DNA of 64,000 bases from an uncultured bacterium (lineage in GTDB: Bacteria > Zixibacteria > MSB-5A5 > CAIYYT01): the NCBI GenBank assembly GCA_963726455.1, contig CAVSCK010000003.1, forward strand, positions 109,118-173,117. The letters run 5' to 3'. Below are positions 42,053 to 52,342 of the stretch, piece by piece. The notes beneath the pieces are model-generated. The model worked only from the letters and a program-made list of their open reading frames with translations, ran no database searches and had not been told where the DNA came from. Position numbers and translations under genes: made by a program. Position 1 is the stretch's first letter. The number at the start of each line of letters is the position of its first letter.

Positions 42053-43039
42053 TTACGGAACCTCAACCTCGTTGAACACCTTGGTCACAATCGCCTCGCT
42101 GTCAACTTCCTCGGCCTCGGCTTCATACGATACGATAACTCGGTGCCGCAATACGTCCATGCCGATGTTCTTGACATCATCCGGCGTGATATAGCCGCGC
42201 CCCTTGAGAAACGCATGCGCCTTGGATGCCATGGTCAAATAGATGGTCGCGCGAGGTGATGCGCCGTAATCAATCAAATCCTTGATCTTAAGATTGTAAG
42301 CTTCGGGATTGCGCGTGGCCGAGACGACATCAACGATGTATTCCTTCACCTTGTCATCGACATAGATCTTGTTCATGACGTTGCGGGCATTGATGATGTC
42401 CTGCGGCGTAATTACCGGTTTGATGTCGAATTTCTGCCCCACCGTCATGCGGTTGAGGATTTCGAGTTCTTCGGCCTTTGAGGGATAAGTGATTCTTAGC
42501 TTGAACATGAAGCGGTCAACCTGCGCCTCGGGCAGCGGGTAGGTGCCTTCCTGCTCGATGGGATTCTGCGTCGCCATCACCATGAACGGATCTGGCAGCG
42601 GGTACGTGGTATCGGCGATCGTAACCTGCCGCTCCTGCATCGCCTCCAGAAGGGCGGACTGGACTTTCGCAGGGGCGCGGTTGATTTCGTCGGCCAGAAT
42701 CAGGTTAGCGAAAATCGGCCCTTTTCTAACCGTGAACTTGCCATCGGTCTGGGAATAGATCATGGTGCCGACGAGATCGGCGGGCAGCAAATCGGGTGTG
42801 AATTGCAGACGCTGAAAATGCGCCTGAATTGCCTGGCACAGGGTCTTAATGGACAGAGTTTTGGCCAATCCCGGCACACCCTCGACCAGCACATGGCCGT
42901 CCGCCAGCAGCGCCATCATCATCCGGTCGATCAGGTATTCCTGGCCAACGATGACCTTGGCAATCTCCGCTTTGAGACGCTGAATAAACTCGTGTTGCTT
43001 CTCTACTTCCGCTTGAATTTCCTTAATATCCTGATTCAC
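42053..43039 (-). CDS. MoxR-family AAA+ ATPase
   Basis: Walker A motif GVPGLAKT, Walker B motif ILADEINRAPAKVQSALLEAMQERQVTI and the overall MoxR pattern. Confidence 0.9.
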   Translation of the reverse strand: MNQDIKEIQAEVEKQHEFIQRLKAEIAKVIVGQEYLIDRMMMALLADGHVLVEGVPGLAKTLSIKTLCQAIQAHFQRLQFTPDLLPADLVGTMIYSQTDGKFTVRKGPIFANLILADEINRAPAKVQSALLEAMQERQVTIADTTYPLPDPFMVMATQNPIEQEGTYPLPEAQVDRFMFKLRITYPSKAEELEILNRMTVGQKFDIKPVITPQDIINARNVMNKIYVDDKVKEYIVDVVSATRNPEAYNLKIKDLIDYGASPRATIYLTMASKAHAFLKGRGYITPDDVKNIGMDVLRHRVIVSYEAEAEEVDSEAIVTKVFNEVEVP

Positions 43040-43086
43040 CTTTTATCTCCCGAAGGTAAGTTACATATGGTCTATGTTTTACGGCA

Positions 43087-43998
43087 TCATTTCAGGAACA
43101 GTTCCACGATTCTTTCCGCGCGGCCGGCGGCTTGTGAGCCATCCTGGACATTTACGGTCCCGGATGAAAATTTGACGCTTTCGCAGAAGTCAAACAGGCC
43201 TTTACAGGCCGAGAGCCCCTCTTCATCGAGTCCTTTTTCTGTGAGCCAGCGCAGCAAATCTGCTGAAGTGAATCCGGAAAGTCTGGCGTCGTACTTGCGT
43301 TCGACCAGGGAAGTTATCAAACGCATGGCCTCAGACGCAAAGGCGCGGTAGTCCTGCCGGTCGGCGAGCTTCTTGACCTCGGCGAAACGCTGCCGGTATT
43401 CATCGCGCCAGTCCGAAACGGATTGCTCCGGCTGCGTCCTCACTTTTCTTCGTCTTGCCGCGGCCGCCGCGATAATGATGATAATTGCTGCACTAAAGAT
43501 GATTATCACGGGCGAGTGCGATTTTCCTGCTTGTTTGGGCTGGGCAATTTCGACGGTGATCGGTTCGGAAGCCAGCGTGTCAAAGACCGAGCCGTTCTGA
43601 AACTCAACCTTGAATGACGGAATCGTTATCGACCCACTGCGCCCCGGAACAAGCTCATAAAGATAATTGCGAACAATTATATCCCCCTGCCGTTCGACAC
43701 TGCTGCCCGAACCGCCGATTTGCAGGCCGATGATATTCGGTGGCGGCAGAGGCGTAGTCTTGACGGCAGGATCAGAGACCTTGACTTCAAGCTGAAGGTG
43801 TAACTTGTCTTCAAAAGCGGCGCTGAGTTTGTCTACCGATGCCTTGAATGACATTTCGGCGAAGACAGCGTTCGCCGACAGGAGCATAGCAGCTATAATG
43901 AATGTGACAACTTGCATTAACAACTCTATGAATTTTACGCGATTCCCCGTGTTGGTTCCCATCCTAATGTGTTGCACTCTTCCCTTTCGTTTCCTCAC
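43087..43998 (-). CDS. Short BatD-like / DUF4381-like membrane protein, paralog of 38773..39726. The true start may be an internal Met.
   Basis: Same architecture and conserved C-terminal motifs as the 38773..39726 protein. Confidence 0.5.
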   Translation of the reverse strand: MRKRKGRVQHIRMGTNTGNRVKFIELLMQVVTFIIAAMLLSANAVFAEMSFKASVDKLSAAFEDKLHLQLEVKVSDPAVKTTPLPPPNIIGLQIGGSGSSVERQGDIIVRNYLYELVPGRSGSITIPSFKVEFQNGSVFDTLASEPITVEIAQPKQAGKSHSPVIIIFSAAIIIIIAAAAARRRKVRTQPEQSVSDWRDEYRQRFAEVKKLADRQDYRAFASEAMRLITSLVERKYDARLSGFTSADLLRWLTEKGLDEEGLSACKGLFDFCESVKFSSGTVNVQDGSQAAGRAERIVELFLK

Positions 43999-44027
43999 GC
44001 GCTTGGCGACTGCGACAGTTCAATCGG

Positions 44028-44861
44028 CTAGGTGACCCCAGCTACAGTCAGCGCCCCTAATGCGGGCAGCATGACGACTTTCAGGGCAATCGACGCCCGC
44101 GCCATATTGTCTCGTCCATCCCGGAACACGAACAGGACGAAGATTAGCGACAAAGGCACGTTTACCGCAAGCGAAATCAACAGGAGATAGGCCGTTGACA
44201 GATGCAACAGGACATACCCAAGGTACGATACCACAATCAGCAACGCAAACGCTGTCGCCGCAAAGACGCGTGCCGTCTTGTTCCCCCAGACGATCGGAAT
44301 TGTTCTGCGGCCGGCAATCCTGTCGCCTTCGACATCTTCGATGTCTTTGATGACCTCGCGCCCGAAATGATAAAGGAAGATCAGCGCTCCCCCTCCGATC
44401 AACAGCCAGCGATGTTGGGAATCAGGATTCGTCAGGAACCCTCCCAACACGCAGGCCGAACTGCACAGAATCGCCACCCACAGGTTTGCGATGACCAGAT
44501 AAGACGACAACTTGAAGGAATAGAGAAACAGCGCGGCGGCAAATACTGCGAAGAACAACCAGACAGAGAGTTTCGATCCGTAAAGCGCGACGGCACCCAG
44601 GACGATGCACAGCAAGGCCGCGTTTATTCCCTCCCAGGCAGAAAGCTTGCGCGACGGAAAAGGGCGATTCGGTTTGTTGATCTTGTCGGCGCGGAAATCG
44701 CAGAGGTCATTGACGATGTAACCATATGAGGCAATGAAGAACGTTGCGATCGCGATTCCGATGGGCAATGCAATGCGTCCCGATCCGAGCGCAATTGCCG
44801 GAATCAGAGTCAGTGCGGCAATGGCGCCATTCAGAGGACGCATCATGGTGAGCACCGCCAA
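44028..44861 (-). CDS. UbiA-family aromatic/isoprenoid prenyltransferase
   Basis: NDxxDxxxD motif (VNDLCDFRADKINKPNRP) plus multiple TM helices. Confidence 0.8.
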   Translation of the reverse strand: MAVLTMMRPLNGAIAALTLIPAIALGSGRIALPIGIAIATFFIASYGYIVNDLCDFRADKINKPNRPFPSRKLSAWEGINAALLCIVLGAVALYGSKLSVWLFFAVFAAALFLYSFKLSSYLVIANLWVAILCSSACVLGGFLTNPDSQHRWLLIGGGALIFLYHFGREVIKDIEDVEGDRIAGRRTIPIVWGNKTARVFAATAFALLIVVSYLGYVLLHLSTAYLLLISLAVNVPLSLIFVLFVFRDGRDNMARASIALKVVMLPALGALTVAGVT

Positions 44862-44869
44862 TAGCTTTG

Positions 44870-46489
44870 TCAGAGTTTGCCCTCCAAACCCAAATGTACC
44901 AGCATGCGTCCCAGCTTCTTTTCCTCGCCCATCGAAATATCAAAACGGAACGAACCGGCAGACGTCATGACAATCATCCCCACGCCAAAACCTGCCAACG
45001 GTCCGTCCTTTGACTTGGACTTAATGTAGGCATTATCACTGAACAGATGCAACATCAAGTTGCCGGCGGCATACCATTGCAGTTCGGTCGATCCGATGAA
45101 ACCCAGTCTGGCGAGATAACTATTTTCGCGATAGCCGCGAACCGTTTCGACACCGCCAACAGGTATCAACTGATCGATGGGAATAGCAGCGAAATCAGAC
45201 GTGATCTGAAAGTATTGAGCGCGCTGAAAGAGAATCAGATTGTGCCGCAGCGGCAACCAGATTTTGGCATCGGTGTTGAGATTACTGGAATAACCGTTGT
45301 TAGACACACTGCCGCTTTCGAATGACTTGCGATAAGCCGAGGTGACTTGCTGCGTAACAAAAGCGCCGCGCGTCGTGCGATGAATGTCGTTGCGACGATC
45401 ATATTGAACGTTCAGGTCAACTGCCAGCAGACGCGCCGACGGTGACGTCTGATTTTCCTGTGGCGTAATCTTGTTCCAGCGTATCGCACTACCGAGACTC
45501 CAATTCTCACTCAAGTGACAACTGGCTCCGGCCGTGGCGCTGGTGCTGTTGAAGGAAGAATCGCGAGCTTCCTGTGACAATGTGGCGCGCAAGTCGAGCG
45601 GATAGTCATCGAAATACGGCAACAGCGCGTTGAGGTTAAGTTTACGCGACAATTGATTCTGGCGCGACCAGATGAAGCCGAATTCTTCCCCGCGGCCAAA
45701 TGCATTGATCAGATTCACCGACACCTGGCCGGCGATCGTGTTGTCGGGGTTGAGATAGGCAAGTCCGTCGAAGGCGAGGTTGCGTTCATCACGCAAGGGC
45801 AGCGCGACATTTACGGTGCGGTTGAGACTTTCATAGGTGAGAGACGCTTTGCCTGATGGTTTGCAGTGGCGGAGATGACCCAGCGTTCGCTCGGACGATT
45901 CCAAATCGGTCTCGCGAAATAAGTCGCCGGAATGAAGAGCCAACCGCTTGCGCAATGGCTCTGGTTTCGTGGTCCTGATGCCGGGAAAATCAACATTGCC
46001 CACTGTGACAAGCGGCCCCTCAACTACAAGCATGTGTGCAATGATGATCGCATCGGAAATATCAAGATTCTTGATCTCTGCCTGTGCGAACGGGTATCCG
46101 TTGTTAGCATACAGGCGAGTCAACTCCTTTGTCAACTGCTCAAGACTCGATTTCGTAAGCGGCGCTGAGTGCGGCAACTCCTGCAGCAATCGCGCCGCGG
46201 TGGAGTCGGCAAGTCCTATCAGGCGAAGTTCGGAACAGGTGAAACGTTTGCCTTCGGTTATCGAGAACAGCGTATCGGCGGCGGTGATCTTCGCGGAAAC
46301 TTGTCCGAGGAAGTAGCCGTCTGCGGCATAGGCAGCACTGATCGACTTGAGATGCTGATCTACGTCACCCGGTTGCGTGCACAATTCCATCAGTACTGCG
46401 CTGCGGAAATGATGATTGCCTTCAAAGCGTACAGCCGCGTTCGCGCACGAATACAGTACAAGTACGGCGATCAAGATTCTTCGTGTCAT
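44870..46489 (-). CDS. Omp85-family outer membrane protein (surface antigen D15 / TamA-like; POTRA plus beta-barrel)
   Basis: A signal peptide, a POTRA-like N-terminal region and a C-terminal beta-barrel with alternating hydrophobic residues. About 539 aa. Confidence 0.65.
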   Translation of the reverse strand: MTRRILIAVLVLYSCANAAVRFEGNHHFRSAVLMELCTQPGDVDQHLKSISAAYAADGYFLGQVSAKITAADTLFSITEGKRFTCSELRLIGLADSTAARLLQELPHSAPLTKSSLEQLTKELTRLYANNGYPFAQAEIKNLDISDAIIIAHMLVVEGPLVTVGNVDFPGIRTTKPEPLRKRLALHSGDLFRETDLESSERTLGHLRHCKPSGKASLTYESLNRTVNVALPLRDERNLAFDGLAYLNPDNTIAGQVSVNLINAFGRGEEFGFIWSRQNQLSRKLNLNALLPYFDDYPLDLRATLSQEARDSSFNSTSATAGASCHLSENWSLGSAIRWNKITPQENQTSPSARLLAVDLNVQYDRRNDIHRTTRGAFVTQQVTSAYRKSFESGSVSNNGYSSNLNTDAKIWLPLRHNLILFQRAQYFQITSDFAAIPIDQLIPVGGVETVRGYRENSYLARLGFIGSTELQWYAAGNLMLHLFSDNAYIKSKSKDGPLAGFGVGMIVMTSAGSFRFDISMGEEKKLGRMLVHLGLEGKL

Positions 46490-49400
46490 TGGAACCTCGA
46501 AATCAATTCCGTGCGCAGGAAATAACGCCCCGGTTCGCCATGGCGAATGTCGCCCTGGCCGGTCAAACGAAACGAGAAGTTCTCGGCGAAACTGAAATCA
46601 ATCAGGATCGTGCCGCCGAAGTTCGCTCCGGTTGGAAACCCATCCGCCATCTGCAGCAGAATCGGCCGATTTGCGGCTTCGATCACCTGCAGCATGAAGA
46701 CCGTTGTCTCGATTCGCCCCCTGCCGACAAGGTTATAGTTCACCTTGGGAGTTATCCTAAGAGTCGTGGCGCGCAACGACATGGAATCCGAATTCTCACG
46801 ACCGATCTCGACGGTGGCGCCCATTTCCCAGAGTCCGCGAAAGTGCGAGCCGGCGGTGATCAGCGACCGCCTGTGAACGGTGAGATTGTAACGGCCGAAT
46901 TGTTGGTCGGACAAATTCTCGGCCTCACCGGAAATTTCGACAAAGTCGCGTTCACCTAAGCGTTGATTGAAAAGCAGTTTGAACAGCTCGTTGCCGTTGG
47001 CCTGGGGGTGCAAGACATCAATCAGGTTATCCTCACTGCGAATTCGATACGAGAATTCACTGCGCAGGCCGATTGCGCGATCATAACGTCGATAACGATA
47101 TTCGTCACTGCGCTGGCGGAACCGTTGAACTGCGCCGAAATACGCGAGCGAAGGCAGCAGCCAGCGTGTTTGGAAGCTGGTCATGTCATTTCCGATCTCG
47201 TGCAAACTTGTCTCATAGCGCAGGGAAGTCCCGGCAATCAGGAAACTCTTTGCCAGTTTGCTCAGGTCGGCGTTGATCTGAACGCGTTTTTCTGCCTCGA
47301 CCGACGGCGTCAAGGTACCCACTTGTTCGGTGACCAGTATGTAGTCGCCGTTCGATTGCGGCAGATAGACGGAATCAATCAGTACATAATCGCCCTTGCC
47401 GCTCTCGACCTTGAGATAAGTCTTGTTGGTCTGGAAACTTCCCAACCGGCTCAACCGCATATTGGCGTTCAGGTCGACAACACGCGCGATCTGTGGTATA
47501 TCGAGATTTAAGAGCCCGCTGTGATAGGTGGTCTTCTTCCCCGTCGCATCATTGAAGCGGTTGAATGAAGCATTCAGATCGACCTTGCGACTCTTCGCGA
47601 AAGTGCGATTGACATTCAATCCCAGCGTCTGTTTGCGATCCACCATATTCCATGAGTTGAGATTCTGCCAGTTCTCTCGCTGCCGAGCGGTCACGGAAAT
47701 CCCCGCGTATTCCGTTCCAAATTCGATTTCACGTTTGCTGGCGTATGTAAGCGGCTGTCCCACCAACGCAAGCTTGCGATTGTCATAGTCGACTTTGGCT
47801 GTGAGCGCGAATGGTTTAATGTCGAGCCGGTAGGTGGGCTTGATCTCGAAAAGACGATTCGACGCCAGTGAGATCCTTCGAGGACGCGTAACTCAGGTCA
47901 ACCCCGATTTTCGAGTTCGCCACCTGAACCAGTTGCGTCGAGACTCCGGCGCGCCGCGACTCGAAGCCGCTTTTCTCCGAAGTATATCCGCCTTCAATTT
48001 TCGACCGATCATGGCTCCCCAGACTGAAAGTCATGTCGCCCAGATAGCGCTGGCGGTCGCTGAGTTCCTGCTTCTGGCGCTGCCAGAGGTAATTTTCGTC
48101 TACATAGTCGAGCCGACCCAAACGGGCGAAGCCGGCTGGTAAATACTCCGCCGACAGATTGCCCTTCACTTTCTGAGATGTACTCGCGTACGCCGCACCA
48201 AAGAAACCTGCCGCAGTTGTGTTCTTGCTGTTACCGTCAGTGGAAAAGCGGTTGCGGTCGTACGACGAAACGCCCACCTCGGTCGACAACTTCAACGTTC
48301 CCGTCGGAGCGTAGTCAGATTTTGCCACCACGACCTGAGATGCTTCCGGCATGGGCAAGGTTCTGACGGGCAGGTAATTGCCTCTTCCTCTGCCGGCAAA
48401 CTGATAGCGGCCCCCGCCTAGATAGAGGTAATCCCCGCTGTCAACCTGCGTAAACGTTACACTGTAATCACCATGGCGATCTCCCGCATAAACGAAGACG
48501 GTATCGCTCAGAGAGTCGACCTGCATCGTGTAGTCACCATTTCCCTGACCTACAGAGCGCGCCCCCGGAACCACCGCTTTGGTAGGATCGTTGCCTGCCG
48601 AACGCAGAGCAGCGATATCGGTCTCGCTGAGCGTGAAGTCTTGCGGGTCGCTTCCCGCGGCAGTCAGGCCCGCATATCCGATGCCGATCTGTGCCTTGCC
48701 GTCACCAAGACTATCCGTGACGGCGCCGGTAACGAGTGTCTTGCGATATTCCAGGCGCTGATATTCGAAATCGACTCTGACACGGTCTTGGTTATCGATG
48801 GCAGTACGGCCGGTGAAATAGAGTTCGCCGCGCGTGTAATCGAGGTAATAATCATGGTCGCGTCCGCGAGTTATTGTCGCGCCGTTGAGCCAGACCGTCT
48901 CGGAGTTTTCGATTACGGCGATACCGGATTCACCGTTCTTGCCCTGCAGGCGGTACGGGCCGTTAAAGCCGTCAGTGGTGGTGAAGTTGTATTCAGTATA
49001 GTTGCCGGGTGGAACGGAGACGGATGATTCCACGGTTGCGCGGCCGGTATGGTACTTCACGCCCATACCCTGTACATTGCGGCTCATAGACAGATATCGG
49101 AAACGATCTTCCTTGAGCTGGTAGCTGCCGAAAACGCCGTTGAGATGCTGGGACTGAACTTCCAGATAGACGTTGTCCAACTCGGAGAATCTTTTGGTCA
49201 CCATCTGATTGTCGCGCAAACCGCGATCAGAAAACGTGCCCTTGACAATTACTCCGCGGCCGATATCGCCGGAGAGCGTCAGGGCGAGTCCCTGCGACAG
49301 GTTCGTCTGGCCCTTTTGGGAGACGTCGGCATAAAACGACTTCGAGCCGGAGACTTTGAGATTCGCGGTGGGCGCGGTCAGTTCTCTCGACGACGTGACC

Positions 49401-49804
49401 GGAGCCGGAGCCAAATCAGCTTCGTTGTCGCCCGTACTCGACAGGAAATCGTGTAGCGCGTAGCGACGGCCGATTATATCATAATTCAGAAATCTCACGA
49501 CTCGAATTGTGTCGCAAGCGATCTGTCCCGCCGTCAGCGTGATGACACTGTCATTGGATACGAAGTCACGTCCGCGTCTCAGACTGTCATTCCCGCAAAT
49601 CAGGATGACCGAGGAATCACCCGCGGAGGCGTATACGAAATTGACGGAGGAATCCTTGAGTGCAATACTGGTGACGATGACGATTGAAGAGACGGATGCT
49701 TGCGGATTGAGCGGCGCCGCCTGCAATCGCAGCGACAGGCATATAAGACCTACGAGGATTAAACCGGCAATAAGCGCGCGGCCTTCATTTTGCAGCAACT
49801 TCAT
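46486..49804 (-). pseudogene. Large (about 1090 aa) beta-rich envelope protein with an N-terminal signal anchor (TamB/AsmA-like, or an outer-membrane beta-barrel). It is split by a frameshift around 47767..47815 into ORFs 47816..49804 and 46486..47766.
   Basis: Continuous amphipathic beta-strand character runs across both ORFs, and they read in different frames. The gene is immediately upstream of, and co-directional with, the Omp85 gene. Confidence 0.5.
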
Positions 49805-50720
49805 AAATCATGACACGGTTGTTGCCCGTATCACACACGAACAGCTTGCCATCATTTCTGCGAGCAATGCCCGACGGAGCACTCAAATTCATCGGTCCGC
49901 TTCCCGCGCTCCCCAGCGAGGCCAGTCGCGTGCCATTCAGGTCGAACAGTAGAACCTCGCTAGTCGCCTTGTCGGTGGCAATAATCTCTTTGCCGTGAAC
50001 GACAAAGCCACCCAGCGTCTCAATACCCTGCAATTGAATTTTGCCGGCCGCGTTGCCGAAGGTGTCGAACTTGTACAGCGTTTCATCATTGCGATCATAA
50101 ACGTAAACGTCACCTTCGTCCGTGACATAAATCGCGCTGCAATGCGAGAAGCCACCGGGAGGAAGCAACTCCTGCTCGATCTTGTAATCCTTGTCCAACA
50201 CGATCACTTTGAGATTGTCGGGATCGACCAGGTACATCCGCCCCGTACGGGCATATCCGATCGCCGCTATCTTCCCAAGCGCTTGCAGGTCCGGGTTGCT
50301 GTTGAAACGCACCTCATCTGCAAATACCAGATCACGGTCGGAACGAACAATGCGATTGTTGCCCTGGTCGAGGACATAGAAATTGATCCCGCCGTCGGAG
50401 ACGATGTCGGTTGGCCGGCTCAATCCCGAAATCCCCAAACCGAAACCGCCGTTTTCTTTGAGGAACTGATACTCGGGGCCAAGTTTGACAATCCGGCTGT
50501 TACCCTGATCAACAACGTAGAGATCGTTCTGCTGATCGTACGAAATTGCCACCGGCGAGGACAAATACGAGTCACCGAGTTTACCCGAAATCTCTCCCAG
50601 ATAGCGAATCTGGCGAGGTGTCGGCTGACCAACGATCACCGGTTTGGGAGCCGGGGCACAGGCGATGAACATTGACACCGCCACAGCGAACGGCAGAAGT
50701 ATTGAAGTCCAGCGCTTCAT
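49785..50720 (-). CDS. NHL-repeat (six-bladed beta-propeller) lipoprotein
   Basis: A lipoprotein signal (MKRWTSILLPFAVAVSMFIAC) and repeated ...YVVDQGNSRIVK / YVLDQGNNRIV... NHL motifs. Confidence 0.75.
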   Translation of the reverse strand: MKRWTSILLPFAVAVSMFIACAPAPKPVIVGQPTPRQIRYLGEISGKLGDSYLSSPVAISYDQQNDLYVVDQGNSRIVKLGPEYQFLKENGGFGLGISGLSRPTDIVSDGGINFYVLDQGNNRIVRSDRDLVFADEVRFNSNPDLQALGKIAAIGYARTGRMYLVDPDNLKVIVLDKDYKIEQELLPPGGFSHCSAIYVTDEGDVYVYDRNDETLYKFDTFGNAAGKIQLQGIETLGGFVVHGKEIIATDKATSEVLLFDLNGTRLASLGSAGSGPMNLSAPSGIARRNDGKLFVCDTGNNRVMIYEVAAK

Positions 50721-50721
50721 C

Positions 50722-51462
50722 TTAGAACCTGGCCGACAGACTGACCTGCCAGCCACCGTCCGGCAATGGTTTCAAATCCACTCCACCGAAACCGGATTCA
50801 ACTTGCCGGTTGTGACGTTTTGCGCTCCAATAGGCATCGGCGGCGGAAATCAGATGGTTGGCGATAATTAGCCCCAGCGAGAAGTTCGATTTGCGATAGT
50901 AGGATTTGCTGTCGTTCTTGAGACTGCGGTATTTCAGCCGGGCGTCAGTCGATTGCCAATTCCAGAAGTAGGTCTTGGTGTCCGGGAAATATACCCTGTT
51001 GTGGTCATAAGCGCCGGCAACCTTGTTGTATTCCTCACGCGAATCATAGAATCCAAGGATATCGAAGAAGCGATCATCCTTGCCCTGAACATCCGCGCCC
51101 GCCGCAGTTGCAGCATACAACCGATAATCGTCGCTGCGCCAGTTTCCCAGGTGTCGGAATGATATGAACGATGCCCAGAACCCAACTTCCGACAGGAAAA
51201 ACACTTTGGACTTCAGTCTGGCTCCGGAATAGTGTTCGCCTGCGCCGGGGAGCACAAATGACATCAGAAACGCCCGCCACGGCTCCTTTAGATTGACTCG
51301 ATTCTTTTCCTGAACTTCGGAAAAGCCGGGTGTCTTTTGTTTCTGCTGGTCAACTTGTCCAACTCCTACCGCAAACAACTGCGACTGCGGCAGTTTGATC
51401 TCGGATCGAGCGGTCGCGCCGGTGAACAACAGTAAGGTAAGGATCAGAAAGGTATTTTTCAT
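50722..51462 (-). CDS. Uncharacterised signal-peptide protein, tandem paralog A (possibly DUF5683-like)
   Basis: Shares the motifs S[FV]VLPG[AS]G[EQ]xY and IANHL[IL]SAxDAxxSAKR[HY]N with the adjacent gene. Confidence 0.6.
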   Translation of the reverse strand: MKNTFLILTLLLFTGATARSEIKLPQSQLFAVGVGQVDQQKQKTPGFSEVQEKNRVNLKEPWRAFLMSFVLPGAGEHYSGARLKSKVFFLSEVGFWASFISFRHLGNWRSDDYRLYAATAAGADVQGKDDRFFDILGFYDSREEYNKVAGAYDHNRVYFPDTKTYFWNWQSTDARLKYRSLKNDSKSYYRKSNFSLGLIIANHLISAADAYWSAKRHNRQVESGFGGVDLKPLPDGGWQVSLSARF

Positions 51463-51466
51463 ATCT

Positions 51467-52339
51467 TCAAAAAGTATAGGTGAAAATGAGTTTTGGAATC
51501 TGGTGTCCTTCGTAGCGCACCATTTTCGCCCGAACCGTCATCTGCGAGAAAGTATCCTGCTTCTTATTATAGCGCTTGGCCGACAGCGCCGCATCAAATG
51601 CCGAAAGCAGGTGATTGGCGATTGCCACGATGGCGCCGGTCTTGGCTTTGGTGAAGAAGTTATTCGCGGTGGCGCGGTCATTCAGGTATGATACCCGCGA
51701 CGGGGAATTATCCTTGCCGGTCAGGTAATCAGTATCCTTCCAGCCGTAACGGAACTGGTCGTACTTCCCTATCATTTCATAGTACTGCTGGGTTTTGGTG
51801 GTCGGCAGATGGTGTGTGAATCGTGTCGCTTCGCCGTTAACCGAGATTTCAAAGGTGTCGGAGGTCACACCATAGGTTTCGATCAGCCAGTCGGTATACT
51901 GTTGGGCCGACCAATTTTGGTCGGCGAAATTGTTATATGCCGTGGTCTTGCTTTGACCCTTATTGTGATTGACGAGCCACTCCGTCCAGGAAACGATCTC
52001 TATGCCCAGAAACAGTCCGGCCTTGATTTTGGAGTTATTGTAGAACTGCCCAGAGCCAGGGAGCACCACGGAATATAAGAAGGCCTTATTTGGCGATCGG
52101 TAGTTCGTATTGAGCAGGTCGGAACTGAGCGGGAAATCCTCGAAATCGGAAGCCGCAAAGTTGACGCCGGTATACTCCTGCAACTGGCGATAGGTTTTGA
52201 GTTCATCCTTCTGCAGGAACTTGTCGATTTCGCCCGCCGGAACCGGCGGTGAAGCGGCCAGGATCTGCGCCGAGACCAAAAGAACTGAAAATGCAATGAG
52301 CCAAGACCTCAACATGAATTTATCCTCCGAAAAAGACAT
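51467..52339 (-). CDS. Uncharacterised signal-peptide protein, tandem paralog B
   Basis: The same conserved motifs as paralog A (SVVLPGSGQFYNN; IANHLLSAFDAALSAKRYN). Confidence 0.6.
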   Translation of the reverse strand: MSFSEDKFMLRSWLIAFSVLLVSAQILAASPPVPAGEIDKFLQKDELKTYRQLQEYTGVNFAASDFEDFPLSSDLLNTNYRSPNKAFLYSVVLPGSGQFYNNSKIKAGLFLGIEIVSWTEWLVNHNKGQSKTTAYNNFADQNWSAQQYTDWLIETYGVTSDTFEISVNGEATRFTHHLPTTKTQQYYEMIGKYDQFRYGWKDTDYLTGKDNSPSRVSYLNDRATANNFFTKAKTGAIVAIANHLLSAFDAALSAKRYNKKQDTFSQMTVRAKMVRYEGHQIPKLIFTYTF

Positions 52340-52342
52340 ATT

